Source of the DNA: Azolla caroliniana
Lineage: Eukaryota; Plantae; Polypodiophyta
Direction: 5' to 3'
DNA length: 64,000 nucleotides
NCBI GenBank assembly: GCA_043228905.1
Contig: JBHGNT010000003.1
Span: 26,223,304-26,287,303, forward strand
The notes beneath the pieces are model-generated. The model saw nothing but the letters and a program-made list of their open reading frames with translations. It was not told where the DNA came from and made no database searches. Each line of letters starts with the position of its first letter. Positions within the stretch are counted from its first letter, which is position 1. Below, piece after piece: positions 25,301-38,030 of this stretch. The translations under genes and the position numbers were made by a program.

Positions 25301-28300
25301 AAGTTCCAACTGGCAAACATGAAGATTATGTTAATTAATCATTGTGATACCTTCACAAGTGTGTGATCATTTGCATCTTCTGGAGTTGCAGTTCTTGCAA
25401 GAACCACAGCTTTTGCCGCTGTCAAAACAAACACGTGATTAGTTAGATTTCAGTACAGAAACCAACCTCATAGATAGATGGATGAAGCAAGTGCTACTGT
25501 GGTATGGCTTCACTCTATCAACAGAAATAAAATGAAATATCAAACGCTATGAAATTGACATTGAGCAACCTTGTTTTCTTCAGGAAGACATCAGCTAACC
25601 TCATAGGCAGATGAATAAAGCAAGTGCTACTGCAGTATGACCTCGTTCTATCAACAGATGTGAGATGGAATATTATACACTAACAATACAAATTTGAACA
25701 ATACCCCTGCTTCTTCCAGAAGAAGTCAGGTAATCTTGTAGACAGATGAACAAAGCAAGTGTTCCTGTGGTGCGGCTTTAGTCCATCAACAGGTGATGTG
25801 AAATATTATGAAACTGACTTTCAATTATTGAATGAACGCCCTTGCTTTTTCCACATGAAGTCAGCTCTGCAACACCATTTAGGTTTCCTAATTGGCTTCT
25901 CATTATTTCAGTTTATTGCATAAAGCTTTTCCACATGCACTATAGTTCATTTTTGGCACACTAGATTTTTTGAGAGAGTGACAAATTACAATGGCCTCAC
26001 CTCAATCCTAAACTGGGGAACAATTGTATATGGTAATATATTTAAAAACGTTTCTTGAAGATCAACTGTACTGTAGCTTCTTCATCTTCTTTGAGTACTT
26101 ATATGTTCCCTTTAAGTTCCACAGAAAGACAGACTTCCCAAGGAATAATGTGCATGCTAAATTACGATGATTCGAATTGTCTGCTGGGATGCCAAAATGG
26201 CCCAGGAAATCCACATTTTTACAAAGCTTTTAAGTTCTTGAAGGTAATGCAATCATGTAATAGGCCGTGAAAAGCCTCTCAAATTTCAGCAGAGGCAAGC
26301 CGAACCAGGGCCATGTGTGGTTCTGTCATATTGAATAATCGTGATGATTGATTATGGACATTTTCATAACTATCAATGCACAGAAAAACCATCATGTAAT
26401 CTGGATTTGAATCAAATGGAGCAAATTAGTGAGCGGCTTATCTCCCTGATTGTCAACAGGAAGCAGAAGCTATGTATGTCAAATCTTTCTTTTCAGAATA
26501 TGCTTGCCTGCTTTGTTTGCTTCTTATAATCCCAGTTTATTGCATTGAACATGAAAATGAGATGACTAAATCCCTCCTAAAACCAGGGAAATGGCTGGCC
26601 ACATCTAAAAGAATTTACTATAATTTGACCATACTATAGCTTATTCATTTTCTAAAAGAAAATATACTTGATAGTCTAGATTTATTCATTACACGTAATG
26701 GAGTGAGTGGCTTATCACAATGATTTCCGACAAGGTGCATAAACTGCGGATGAGACCTAAATCAGACTAACCCTCTTAATTTGTGAGAACTTTCAGCAGA
26801 ATTCAGCCTATAAAGAAATACATTACATCTCTCACCAGATTATGCATCACCTAATTCTTTTCACTAACATAATGGTATAGGTGAGAAGGTCACATGTAAA
26901 GTATGATATAAAATAAAAAATGAAAAGACTAACTGATTTTTACTTCTTTATATATATATATATTAAGAATGACTGAGTGAATCATTCGGAGATTGCATAA
27001 AAGGGGAACAGCTTTCTAGATAACAAAAATGGAATGAAAAACAGAAAACCTGAGTAGTATCGACTCTTGAGCTCTTCAATGCTCCTAGGAGGATTGAATC
27101 TATCTGCAATCACTATAAAGCGGAGATCAAATTGTTCGCAAAGATCAAAAAGTTGGTCAGTTTCTTCCTTGCTCCATTTCTGAAATATAGCCATCACCAG
27201 ATTTAAGCACCAGGAAAGCGTAAACAATCAGAAGTGCTTAATTAGGAAATAGATAGTTTTGAGAATTAAGCACATAGAAAACAACAATACCAACCAAACT
27301 TAAGCAGTTAACCAAAGGCTGACAGAACTAGACTGATTAAACAACGTAATGTTTAAAAGAGCATGCAGAGAGTGAACCTACTCAATAATATCATAGATTA
27401 AGGTAATGCCCCAAAAATGAGACGTGAAATTAGACCAGAGAGTACTCACTGCATCAAGAAGGTTTTTGTTATACTCCTCCTCTGTATACCTTACAACATC
27501 AATCTTCTGCATTGGCATAAAGGAAACCAACAACTTAAAGAGCACGATTAAAATATATGCATAAGAAATATAATTACCTTATTGTATCTTGCAAAGTAGT
27601 AATCTCCTGCTGGAGCTACATCATCCACAATTTTGACCTATCAAAATGGGGGAATTTCAATAGATAACAATAAGGAAACAACCACAAATTATTGTGTGGC
27701 AAAGAAAAGAAAAGAAATACCAACCCAGTGATATAGTTGTAAGTTGTCTCTACGGGCAGAGGATGTGAATGGTAACCATTGCCAAGAAATCTACAAATTT
27801 AACTTTCAGAAGGAAATCATTACCGTACACGGACAAACAAACATATTCACGTGAGACAGAGAACATGCAACTGAAGAGATTGCAAAGGCTTTACAGCAGA
27901 TGGATAATTGAAGTGAAAGAAACAGCTCAAAGATACAATATGAGAAAGTGTGCCTCAATAGGCAGGAATATATCATCTTTCCCAAAGAGGATATAAAAAT
28001 GTATAACAGGATGAAACTTCAAAACATTGAGCTAGAAAAAACATTTATGAATCTGATCTCAGAGTGCATTTGTAAATGGCATACAAATGTCTGAACTAAT
28101 TAAGTGTTTGCCAGGACTTTTCTTGATAAAGCATAGATAGTTTACCTAGAATAAATATATTGCAAGAGCCAGTTTCTTTCTTGTTTCAACATTTATATTA
28201 TATTCAGCACATCAGAAAAAGCAGCAACTTCTTCTTTCTTAATGAATTTGCACTGTAAGAAGTCATCGCAAACTGTATAACCAAGTCTATATGATATATC

Positions 28301-30121
28301 CATGCATTACAATAAAAAAAGACACCAACCATACTCTCACTTTGCCAATCCAAACTAGTTCATACACAAGTCATAGCAATCTCTTATAACATAACTTTTT
28401 TTTGGATATTAGGAGTTTCACAACTGATTAATTCACATGATGCTAAAACTAAGAAGCATCAATACGGGTACCTTCTTATTGCTGATTGGGGGTCTTTTCT
28501 TCAAACTTGCTATGTCAAAAGTCGGCATGATGGGTGGTAAACCTCCTGTAAGAGCATAAACCTGACAATTTGCAAATAGACATATAGAATTCAAATTAAG
28601 AACTAAAATGTTACTACATAACAGAGAAAATGTAGCCAAGAAAGGTAAAATAATATTTCAATTTAACCAATCTGAACAGTCTATTCATAGAGTGGTCAAA
28701 ATTGCTGAGGAACCAACTATTGAGGAATACTTGTTCAGTGCACGCTTTCTATGGAAATTCTAACCACCTTGATCTGATTTTCTCAATCAGACTATTAGCT
28801 GTCAGTCCTAAAAAAGTACAGAATGAGCAGTTATAATGTCAACTCTCCATTTGGATTCATCAACACAGGTAAATGTGCAGAATATGTCAGACTGTATGCA
28901 TAGAGAGCATCGGAAAGTGCAAATCCACACAGAGTTCACGTCAACTCATTCTACCAGCTGTTAAGTTTCAATTCATCTATCTTTCAATTCTTTAAAGAAT
29001 GGAAACTCTTCTTGTTCTCTGCCATTTCTTCTAAAGCTTTCATAACCATAATGTGATAGGACTAAACAAATTTTTAATGCCTCCTTTACAACTTTAATCG
29101 ATTGCTTTCTACATTTATTCATGCAGTTTAAAATGTGTTTCTTTAAAGCTTCTCGTTTATCGTTGTTAGCTTGTCAGTATAGCATTTCAACTACATGCTG
29201 CTTTGCAACTTTTCTCTGCATAATATATGATTATGAAAATAGAAACCCTGTCTATAAGACCTAATCGCATTGTTTAGAATGATATTGCAGAGGATTAGGT
29301 GTGGTTTAACTTGTAAAAACAAAATAAAAACTTGAATAAATCGATTTCAACTGTGAGAATGTCTCCTCCGAGGATTCTATACTTGTGCATGCAAAGATGG
29401 CAGAGAATTTAAATGGTTTAGTATTAGCAGAGTACAAAATATAGCAGTATGTTGTTCACTAGAATGATTGTAATATAGTAGAGAGTGTGAAAGATGGTGT
29501 GCCATACTCGACGTTAAATTTTACACACTTTGCCATATTAAACCCTCTAGGAGGATGCTTTTGAAATGTTCAATCCTAATTTGTTTTAATGACCACACGT
29601 TTATCACACTCTCTTGTAAATTAAATGCCACCGAATCATTGGGGTGGAGCGAATTCTCACTGATGCCTTTCCGAAACACTAGATTGTATCAGAATTTGGT
29701 AAACAAAGTTATAATAATAAAAGTATCAGCACCATTAAACCCTAATTACTTTTCCCAAGGATAACCTTCAAAACACACTCTGCTATATTGACCTAAAAGA
29801 AAACTGTAGTAGAACGCAACTTATTGTGACTTCTCCAGCACGTGAACCAAAAAAACAAAACAGGCTAGTGCATTAAACCCTAATTTGTTAGATCAATTAT
29901 ATTTTATCACATGCTGTGCCAATTAAACCATAAAAAACGCATCTGCATATACTAGGATTTCATGTTGGGAAACGAAACTTAGGAAATAACAGGAATAAAA
30001 GTACCTCACGAGAAACTCCATCAGGCTTTTTAGGGTTCTCTTTGATGGGCTTGCTGCGCTTTTCGGAGGAGAGACCAAAGGAGGTCTTTGGTAGACCTAA
30101 TATATCTTTCGCGTCAGCCAT
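22354..30121 (-). CDS. SWC4: SWR1-complex protein 4 / DMAP1 homologue (SANT/Myb domain; NuA4 and SWR1 subunit)
   Basis: 16 GT-AG exons: 30121-30005 ([12 protein letters not shown]...PDGVSRE), 28561-28472 ([10 protein letters not shown]), 27790-27725 ([20 protein letters not shown]), 27637-27578, 27506-27450, 27179-27050 ([27 protein letters not shown]), 25418-25351, 25263-25171, 25087-25049, 24960-24778, 24346-24236, 24155-24060 ([19 protein letters not shown]), 23945-23865, 22710-22644, 22565-22531, 22434-22354 (TGA). The frame is continuous. Confidence 0.96.
22743..23565. mobile_element. Non-autonomous hAT-type DNA transposon (MITE-like) in an SWC4 intron
   Basis: 11-bp TIRs CATAGATTGAC / GTCAATCTATG; perfect 8-bp TSD ATTCTAAT (22735-22742 and 23566-23573); subterminal CGAAT/ATTCG repeats; AT-rich internal tandem array. 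Confidence 0.9.
25463..25866. repeat. Three diverged ~135-bp tandem units in an SWC4 intron
   Basis: AGATG...AAGCAAGTG(C/T)T(A/C)CTG...ATCAACAG...CTTG...TCAG recurs from ~25463, ~25597 and ~25732. Confidence 0.8.
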
Positions 30122-30217
30122 GTGGTTGTGTCACGCAAACCAGTGAAGAATCCCGACACGACACTTCGGTAGAACGATGACCAAAAAAGATCCTTGCTTC
30201 TCCGTTGCTCCGATCTC

Positions 30218-30541
30218 TGCTCCTCCTCCTCCTCCTGTCTTTGTGTTCTGTCTTCTGTCTTCTCTCCACCGCGTCGTCGTCGTCGTCGTCGTCGTCGCTG
30301 TTTGTATGTATGTATGTATGTATGTATTTGTTTGTTTGTTTGTTTGTTGGTGCAGAGAGCAGCAGCAGCAGGAGCGCTCTCTTTGGCTCCTCTACAGAAG
30401 GACAGGACCAGTGTTATTGTAATTTGTATTGCGCCATAAACAAAAATAAGAATGGAACCTTCTTTTGTCCAAACAAACTTCTTCTACACAAGAGTGTGAG
30501 GATCCACTTCACTTCCTCCTCCTCCTCCTCCTCCTCCTCCT
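30218..30541. repeat. SSR cluster upstream of SWC4: (CTC)n, (GTC)n, (TATG)n, (TTTG)n, (GCA)n, (TCC)n
   Basis: Seen directly. Confidence 0.85.
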
Positions 30542-30855
30542 CTATCTATGTCAGGTGTACTACTTCTTCTTGTTGCAAGTAAGAGGCCTAGAGTGAGTAA
30601 TCATTGTAATCCTCCCAAGACAAAGGCATCTCGGAGAAGCTTGTTTGTGAATAATTACATACATAATCAATGCTCCTTCTCTTCGGTCTATGTGCGTACT
30701 ATGGTAATCCATCGAAATCGTCAAAACAAATTGTTAAACACATCAACCGACACAAATGTTAGCAGATAAAGAGCATGCGTAAGAGAGTACCTCCATTTGC
30801 CAAATGAATTGGACTCTCTAACCCACTTGACAATTCGGAAAACATAGTACGCTTT

Positions 30856-31786
30856 GAGAGAAAGAAAGAAAGAAAGATATATTAACGTCTTCTAAGGCCA
30901 AATTTGGCCCATGAGACAAATAGGTTACAACAAAAATGAGTGTTTATCCAATCATCAAAACTAAAAATAAAAGAAAATAGCTTAAGCTAAGAAAGTTCTA
31001 GTAGTGTACAAAACTTTGCACTAAGTCTAATCTCATTTCCACCCAAGTCTCTCAAAAAGAAGTGGGAGGTCAAAAGTTTTTGGTGTGGGTGTGACCCATG
31101 GTCCCGATGCATAGAGTGCCCTAGCCATGGCTTCTAGGCGGTGTAGTTCACGTTCCCTTATTTTCTTTATTGCTTCTACATCTCGTCGAGTTGCTTTGAA
31201 ACCCGGCATCCGAGGGCGTTTGGTTCTTCTTTGATTTTCTGCTTCATCAAGGAGAAGTCCGAGTGGTGCAGGTGTGTCGACATTCATTGTCTCCCCCTGT
31301 TCCTGAAAAACTTCATTTGTTATATGTTGGTAAACATTAGCAACATTATTATCAACGTTTTGTAATTTATTCTCTCTGTGTTGTTTCAATTCTAAGATGT
31401 ATCTACCTAATTTCTTCATATCTATTGTATCTAATAGTTTAGGGAGGGTGGGAGAGGAACCAAGTATGTCTTGGTATTTTGCCCTTATCTCGGCATAGGT
31501 GGGGCATTTGCATGTAAAATGGTACTCATCCTCTATCTCTATGTGGCATAACCTACATATCCTTTCCTCCCTAGGGACTCCATTAGTACGTCCATTCTCA
31601 ATCTCAAGTTGGTGAGATGATATTCTAAGTTGACCAATGGCAACCCTTAGTGCATGTGGTAAGAATACATCTAGATATTTTGGGCACGTGATAAAACCTA
31701 ACTCAGAGAAGTGCATAAAGTGTTCCTTATAGTACGACATTTTAGATGGGAGTGGCTCTAGTGGGGTGATCCATTTATACCGAGTA
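30856..31786 (-). mobile_element. 5'-truncated RTE/RTEX-like LINE, copy A
   Basis: ORF 31033-31818 carries the LINE C-terminal zinc motif LRISSHQLEIENGR...RICRLC...EDEYHFTCKCPTY. The 3' end has a hairpin and a (TTTC)n tail. Confidence 0.85.
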
Positions 31787-32277
31787 AGAGAGAGAGAGAA
31801 AGAAAGATATATTAACATCTTTTAAGGCCAAAATTGGCCCATGAGATAAATGGTTTACAACAAAAAATGGGATATTTACCCATTCATTGAAAGTACAAAA
31901 AAAAAATAAAAAATAGAGTTTTAAGCTAAATAGTTCTAGTAAAATAACAAACATGTTCTACAATGAAAATGATGTTATACTAGGCCTAATTTCATTTCCA
32001 TCCAAGTCTCTCGAAGAGAAGCGGAATGTCAAAGGGTTTCGATGTGGATGTGGCTTGTGGCCCCACTGTAAAAGGTACCCTAACCATAGCTTCTAGTCGA
32101 CGTAGCTCATGTTCCCTTATCTTCTTAATCCTTTCTACTCCGTGTCGACTTGTTTTGAAGCCCAACATCTGAAGGCATTTAGTTGTTCTTTGCATTTCGG
32201 CTTCCTCAAGAGAGAGGCCGAGCGGCGTAAGTGTATCCACATTCATTGTCTCCCCTTGTTCTTGAAAAATTACACTA
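31787..32277 (-). mobile_element. 5'-truncated RTE/RTEX-like LINE, copy B (same family as copy A, head-to-tail)
   Basis: Encodes the same C-terminus (MNVDT...PLLFERLGWK) and has the same 3' UTR, hairpin and (TTTC)/(TC)n tail as copy A. Confidence 0.85.
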
Positions 32278-34129
32278 GTAAGGATTTTGGTCAGTCAAGG
32301 GTAGTAGTACATACTACATGGTATGATTTATCATCATTTTTCTTGTCTGTTGGTTAGGATGAGTCTAATGTGAAATCCTAAATTGGATATATTGAATGAA
32401 CTGTAGATAAATTTATGTATTGGAAATCACAAACATGGCAAAATCATGCTAAAATTGAAAAGTGGTCAAACCAATCATGATTTTGACGATATCATATTAT
32501 TTACCATTGTTTTCTATGGTTTGAAAAGATTATTGAGATGTTAGCAACCTCGATGCAGTTCACATTACGAAAGAGAAAAGAAATTTCATGCCTTAGTTGG
32601 GTGGCATAGAGTCATATTTACACTCCAAAAAGAACTTCGTGGGACAATAATTTGAATCTATATGAACATATGGTGACTTTGAAGATTCCATTTTCTCAAG
32701 ACTATGTTTGAGGGACAACCACCATGGATAAAGTTTATCACTTACTTTATTAAGAAATAAGGTATCAAGCATGGAACGAGGTTGCAATCTCATATTCGTT
32801 TCAAAGCTAAAGTGTTTATTTGGAGGGTCATGTTGGGTGGAATGTGTTTGTTTTGCATGGTTTTTGGGAAACATAGTCAACATCGATTCACGAGTTGCTT
32901 TGTGGCAAGGGCTGTTTGGAAATTTATATCTACATGAGTGTGGGCTTCTACAAGTAGAGTGTAGAGATCCCCATTTCAACAATTATTTGGTCACGTGAAG
33001 TTGAGAATGCCTTCTCCACCTTTTGAGATAGCCTTTTAATGTCTATGGTATTAGTGATTTTGACATGAATGGCACATACATTATGCCTTTATTTTTTATG
33101 TTTAACATGGGGTTCAAAGACACATTTCACGATTAAAAGGCATTGTAGTATGGGCAATTCACCTTGTTGGAGACTTTATGGAGGTTGACACGACATGTCT
33201 AACATCTTTGTTTGTGGTGATTACTTCTTCTCTTCATCTTCCTTCCATATTCACAACGTGGCAACAAATGATGGATATTCTTTGCTCATGGGTGCATTGT
33301 AGTCCTGATGGAAGCATTGATCAATATTTTGAACACAAATATGTCGATTATCTAACAATAGCTTCAATAACAACAAACAAGCATGAAGAAGCCACATTGA
33401 TGAAAAAACTTCACATTTTTATACCATGTAGTACATAGTTGAAGCTCATGACTTTGACATCAAAGGTTGTCAACAAATAATGAGTCATCAACTACAATCA
33501 TTGATAATCAATATATACAAGAAGGAGCACTTTGTTTATAATATATATATTATGTGTGTAAGACTTGAGTACTGATAGACATCAAGACATCTATAATATC
33601 AATATCATTAACGTAGAGGCATCTTCCACCCATTAAGTCATTGGTATCTTTAGCTTGTTCACCTATAAGATTGTGTGGTAGAGCTTGGCATCTTAAGTTA
33701 CTTGATTGTGCCATCCAATGAAAGTAATGGATTGAAAATACTAAGATAATTACATTATAATGAGAGTATAACGTAGAAACATTTTGTTACACTTTACGCA
33801 CATGCATATAAATATAGTTGTGATTGCCAATAATTCAAATATGTGGTCACGATATATAGGAAGTGTAGTTTATGAAACAAAGGCTTTTGCCCAAAATAGA
33901 AGATGACATTATTTTTCCTACATCTCTAACACTCGACCACACTATCATGCATGTTGGATCACGTGACATGTGAGCAATACCTTCAAAACAAACAAATTAA
34001 AGCTTTAACTTATTATAAACATCATTAGTGTGTACTATGAATATAAATTTTCGTTATAAAAAAATAAAAATTCCCACGATTTATCTGCAACCAATTCCCC
34101 CTAGTTCACATAAGAAAATGGTTTGGAAG

Positions 34130-34672
34130 ATGCGGTGTGGATGATCTTTTAGAGCTTTCGGGTGATATGCTAAGAGGACAAAGCTACAATACTACATTGC
34201 AAATGTCAACCTAAAATGTTGGTCTCAATATAAAGCAATAATGCATATTGATCGTATCCAACCTTATCTCATTACCAATATGAGGAATAATGCTCGTAGA
34301 GCCCTTACACTACTTTGCAATCGATCTCACAAGTTAGGTATTGAAGTTGCATCATGGTATCAAAATGTAACAAATTTGAAGGCATGGTAGAGGATGAATG
34401 TCGTTTGCTCTTCACATGCTCGACATATAGTGCAATTCGTTCAAGATATGCTTACATACTAAAAGGGAGTGATAACTTAAGTGCCATACTTAAGACACCA
34501 CTGAGAATGTTGAGCTCATATGTGCATGCTTTATTCACACATCTAGACTTTGTGCTTCAATGTATGAATACCCCTTCGTAGGAAGGAGACACATATCAAG
34601 AACACATGTATACTCTAGTCCCATAGGTCAAAATTGGGCTCTTTATGGACGATAACAATTGTAACTGTAATT
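34130..34672 (+). mobile_element. Degenerate RTE/RTEX-like LINE 3' fragment
   Basis: Remnants RSHKLGIE and MVEDECRLLFTCSTYSAIRSRY; family 3' motif at 34617-34658. Confidence 0.7.
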
Positions 34673-34789
34673 CCATGGTTTGTCTCTAAATTTTTGAGAC
34701 CAAAACGCTTCCTATTGAGATCATGACATGGAAAGGGTTATTGAGTACATTTTTTAAGGTTAAAGAAAACCTTCATATTGTCCTTTTTT

Positions 34790-37325
34790 TTTCCCAAAAA
34801 AAAACTCATTCCATTAGTTATAAAATTTTACAAACAAGATGATTATGTACAAATCCTTGTAGGGACGCGATAGTTCCATCTTATGTGGATGCCCACTGAC
34901 TCAAGAAAGGGAGAGGACGACCATTAACAGGGTGAAGGCTACTCGTTGTCTTTCAACTCCATCAAAGCTGCCCTTGAGGCCATCATATTGGCTCTTTAGA
35001 GTGGCTACAATTTCACTCCATATCTCTTGCAGTAACATTGTGGGATGCGCAGTTTGGTTGGAGAAGACCCGTCTACACCGTTGTTTCCATAGAATCCAAA
35101 GAGTTATTGGGCTGACCAATTCCAACACAACTTGAGATTTGTCATTAAGAGGAGTTGAGTGGACATTGCCGATGGTGGAGAAAAAAACCTCTTGTGCTTT
35201 TATCACCAAAGTCATCCCCTCCTCCTGATGCTCGTATTTGCCAACTGGGGTCTGCCATGATAGCCAACATATATTTCCCCACTTGATTGAGCCTTGCACC
35301 TGGCATAATTGCAACAAACGACCAACCCCCCGCCATATTCGATGGGACATTGGGCAGTCCCACAAAGCGTGTCGTATTGATTCTACTACATTTGGACACT
35401 CTACACAATTAGGAGAGCCAAGGTTCCCACGTTGCCATGCTCCCACCGGTAGTGACTTATGTATTAATAGCCATTGGAACGTGGTAATTCGCCTCGCGTG
35501 TTGTTGTTTCCAGATTTTCTACCAAAACTTGGTGATAATTGTGTGAGGAACTTGATATGTGTGCTAAACCTTTGCAGCGGCCGGCTCTCGGGCAGTTTGA
35601 CCAGTTAGGATGTGATGACCCAATCTAGTTGTGAATTGGAAGAAAGGGATGGGTTTGCTTCCTTGCTCCGCGTAAGGATCACACCATGTCCATTACAATG
35701 GGTCCTAATTGACCTTACGTAGCCATGTGTTTTCATGAGTACATATGTGCCAATCAGGTTGTACTTTGATCGGATCAGGATCTACAATCCATTTAAGACC
35801 AGTATACGCGAGTACTCGAATTGCGTTATTCTGTGTTGGTGTCATAGTGGCGCGCAATTCAGAGCCTTCGATCCTGTCTGGTGATCCCCTACCTCTCGGG
35901 ATCAAAGATCCCTCCTCCTCGTAGCGTATCCATTTTTCCATTGTTGTCCTATGAGTAGCGGCTTCCCTAATCAGCAGAGCGTTATTGATTTCCGATCTCA
36001 TAGTCCATCCGCCCCGGATGCCATGGAGTATGTTGGCTTGATCTTGTAGTGACAGTGACATAAACCGTCTCCAACATTCTATACTTTTTCCCGGACCTTC
36101 TGCAATGTATCCCCATGACAACCCCTAACTTGATCCAAGTAGTTGATTAGATTCATCCTTGATATATGGGTTCCATAGGATACGTTGACTGAGCCAGGCA
36201 GGTTCGAAACTCGGTTGATCGCACTTGAGCCCTCTTCTAATGTCACACTATATGCCTTCCACATGGATGCACTGAATCTATCCTCCAATTGGCAGGAGAA
36301 ACTAGGTTTGAGATCCATGTTTAGAATCCATCCTGTTTGGGGGGCCCAATTAACCCCTTTTCTTGGCCTAAAGTAAGCGAAACGTAACCGCAATAGCATT
36401 TTCCAACAATCATTTCCTCGTTGGAGTCCTCGCACCACAAATTTGGCAAGTAAGGCTTTTGATTGTGAGAGGGGATCAACCAGACCCAGCTCCCCTCTCG
36501 ACTTAGGTGCTGTGAGTATAGGCCATGCCACCTTGGCGCGAGTTACATGATCTTCCTTACCAGACCAAATGTAGTTGCGTACTAGTTGTTGAATCTGATG
36601 TATACTGTCCTTGGATATTGATCATCCATGTTTAGAATCCATCCCATTTGGGGGGCCCAATTAACCCCTTTTCTTGGCCTAAAGTAAGCGAAACGTAACC
36701 GCAGTAGCATTTTCCAACAGTCATTTCCTCGTTGGAGTCCTCACACCACAAATTTGGCAAGTAAGGCTTTTGATTGTGAGAGGGGATCAACCAGACCCAG
36801 CCCCCCCTCTCGACTTAGGTGTTGTGAGTATAGGCCATGCCACCTTGGCGCAAGTTACATGATCTTCCTTACCATACCAAATGTAGTTGCGTACTAGTCG
36901 TTGAATATGATGTATACTGTCCTTGGATATTGTCCAACATGATAGATTGTACCATGCCATTGCGAGTAGTACCTAGTTTGCCACTATGATGCGACCCGCT
37001 AGCGACAGTTTTTTCGAACTCCAATGTATCAACTTTTGTCGAATGGAATGGATAACGGGTGCAATCATAGTCTCCGGCGGTATGTTGAAACCAATTTGAA
37101 ACCCCAAATATTTGGTGCTCGCTCCTTGGTTGATCCATTTGAAAGCGGGATGTGGGTGCCACATAGGATGTGTTTCATGAGAAAGCCATATTGCACAGGA
37201 TTTGTGCCGATTGATCATGGTATTGGATCTCTTGCAAAATACGGCTAACCCACTTTCAAGCTTTTGTAGGTTTTCCAAGTCCCCTTGTAGGTAAACCGTT
37301 GTGTCATCTGCAAATTCTATATCTA
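34790..37325 (-). mobile_element. 5'-truncated L1-like LINE with an internal tandem duplication
   Basis: EFADDTTVYL (~37300), KYLGFQIG...WSSKKLSLAGRIIVAN, PKSRGELG and the zinc motif CVECPNVVESIRHALWDCP. Frameshifted. Confidence 0.88.
36312..36931. repeat. ~310-bp near-identical tandem duplication inside the L1 LINE
   Basis: ATCCATGTTTAGAATCC...CCTTGGATATTG at ~36312-36620 and ~36621-36931. Confidence 0.92.
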
Positions 37326-37334
37326 GGATTCATA

Positions 37335-38030
37335 TTGTCTTTTACTCTGATTGTATGGGAAGCAAGGAAAATAATTCAAAAGACACAAAAGGTCAAATTT
37401 TGGGTTCAAGATCGATGCTGAAATGTTTTGGAAAATAGGATGCATCACATTTACTTAATGATTCACCAATTAATTCCTTCATGAATGAATCTTTTTTGCA
37501 ATGCCAATATATCACCACTTGCAAAATATGTGGAGGCTCACATTTCACATACTATATTAGATATGTTGAACCAAACTATGAAAACCACTTTACATTGAAT
37601 GGGGAAACTACATTCGTTGATAAAATGTTAGAGCTAATCCATTTGTCCACTATTTGCACCATTAGTCCCGTATGACTTAGCTCACGTTCTCTTTAATGCG
37701 AGGCATGACATTGGGGCACATATAAGGAGGCTCTTTGATTATGCATATTTTTCCGTACACAAGTTTGGGAGTAAGAGCATCACATGATTATTCAATGTGT
37801 TGCATTCGATCATATTCAAGTTGGCTTTCCACGTATTGTCAATCTGATCCACTCTATGTATATAGTTCGCGTACAATCTCAACGTGCATTAGCAATTGAA
37901 TCATTTATCACTACTAAATTCTTGAACATCAAAAGTTACCTCACAAATCCGCACATACCATGTCAAAAAAATCCCTTTTGGTTCCATTGGTCATACTTGA
38001 TCACTTGGGATGATAACAAAATCTCTAACC
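37335..38030 (+). mobile_element. Degenerate 3' fragment of the LINE family seen at 50599-54232
   Basis: Colinear similarity with ~53530-54200 (GGGAAGCAAG, TGTGGAGGCTC, IIQCVAFDHI vs LIQCSAFDHI) and the same 3' motif. Confidence 0.8.

Noticed and set aside
30177-30582. Overlapping ORFs with poly-P/V/S/R/Q tracts
   Set aside because: These are translation artefacts of microsatellites upstream of SWC4.
31033-31818. 261-aa ORF as a host gene
   Set aside because: It is the C-terminus of a LINE ORF2, and its apparent start lies in the tail of the adjacent LINE copy.
32450-33450. Possible additional decayed LINE fragment
   Set aside because: Only vague Trp/Cys-rich remnants with no diagnostic motif I could anchor.
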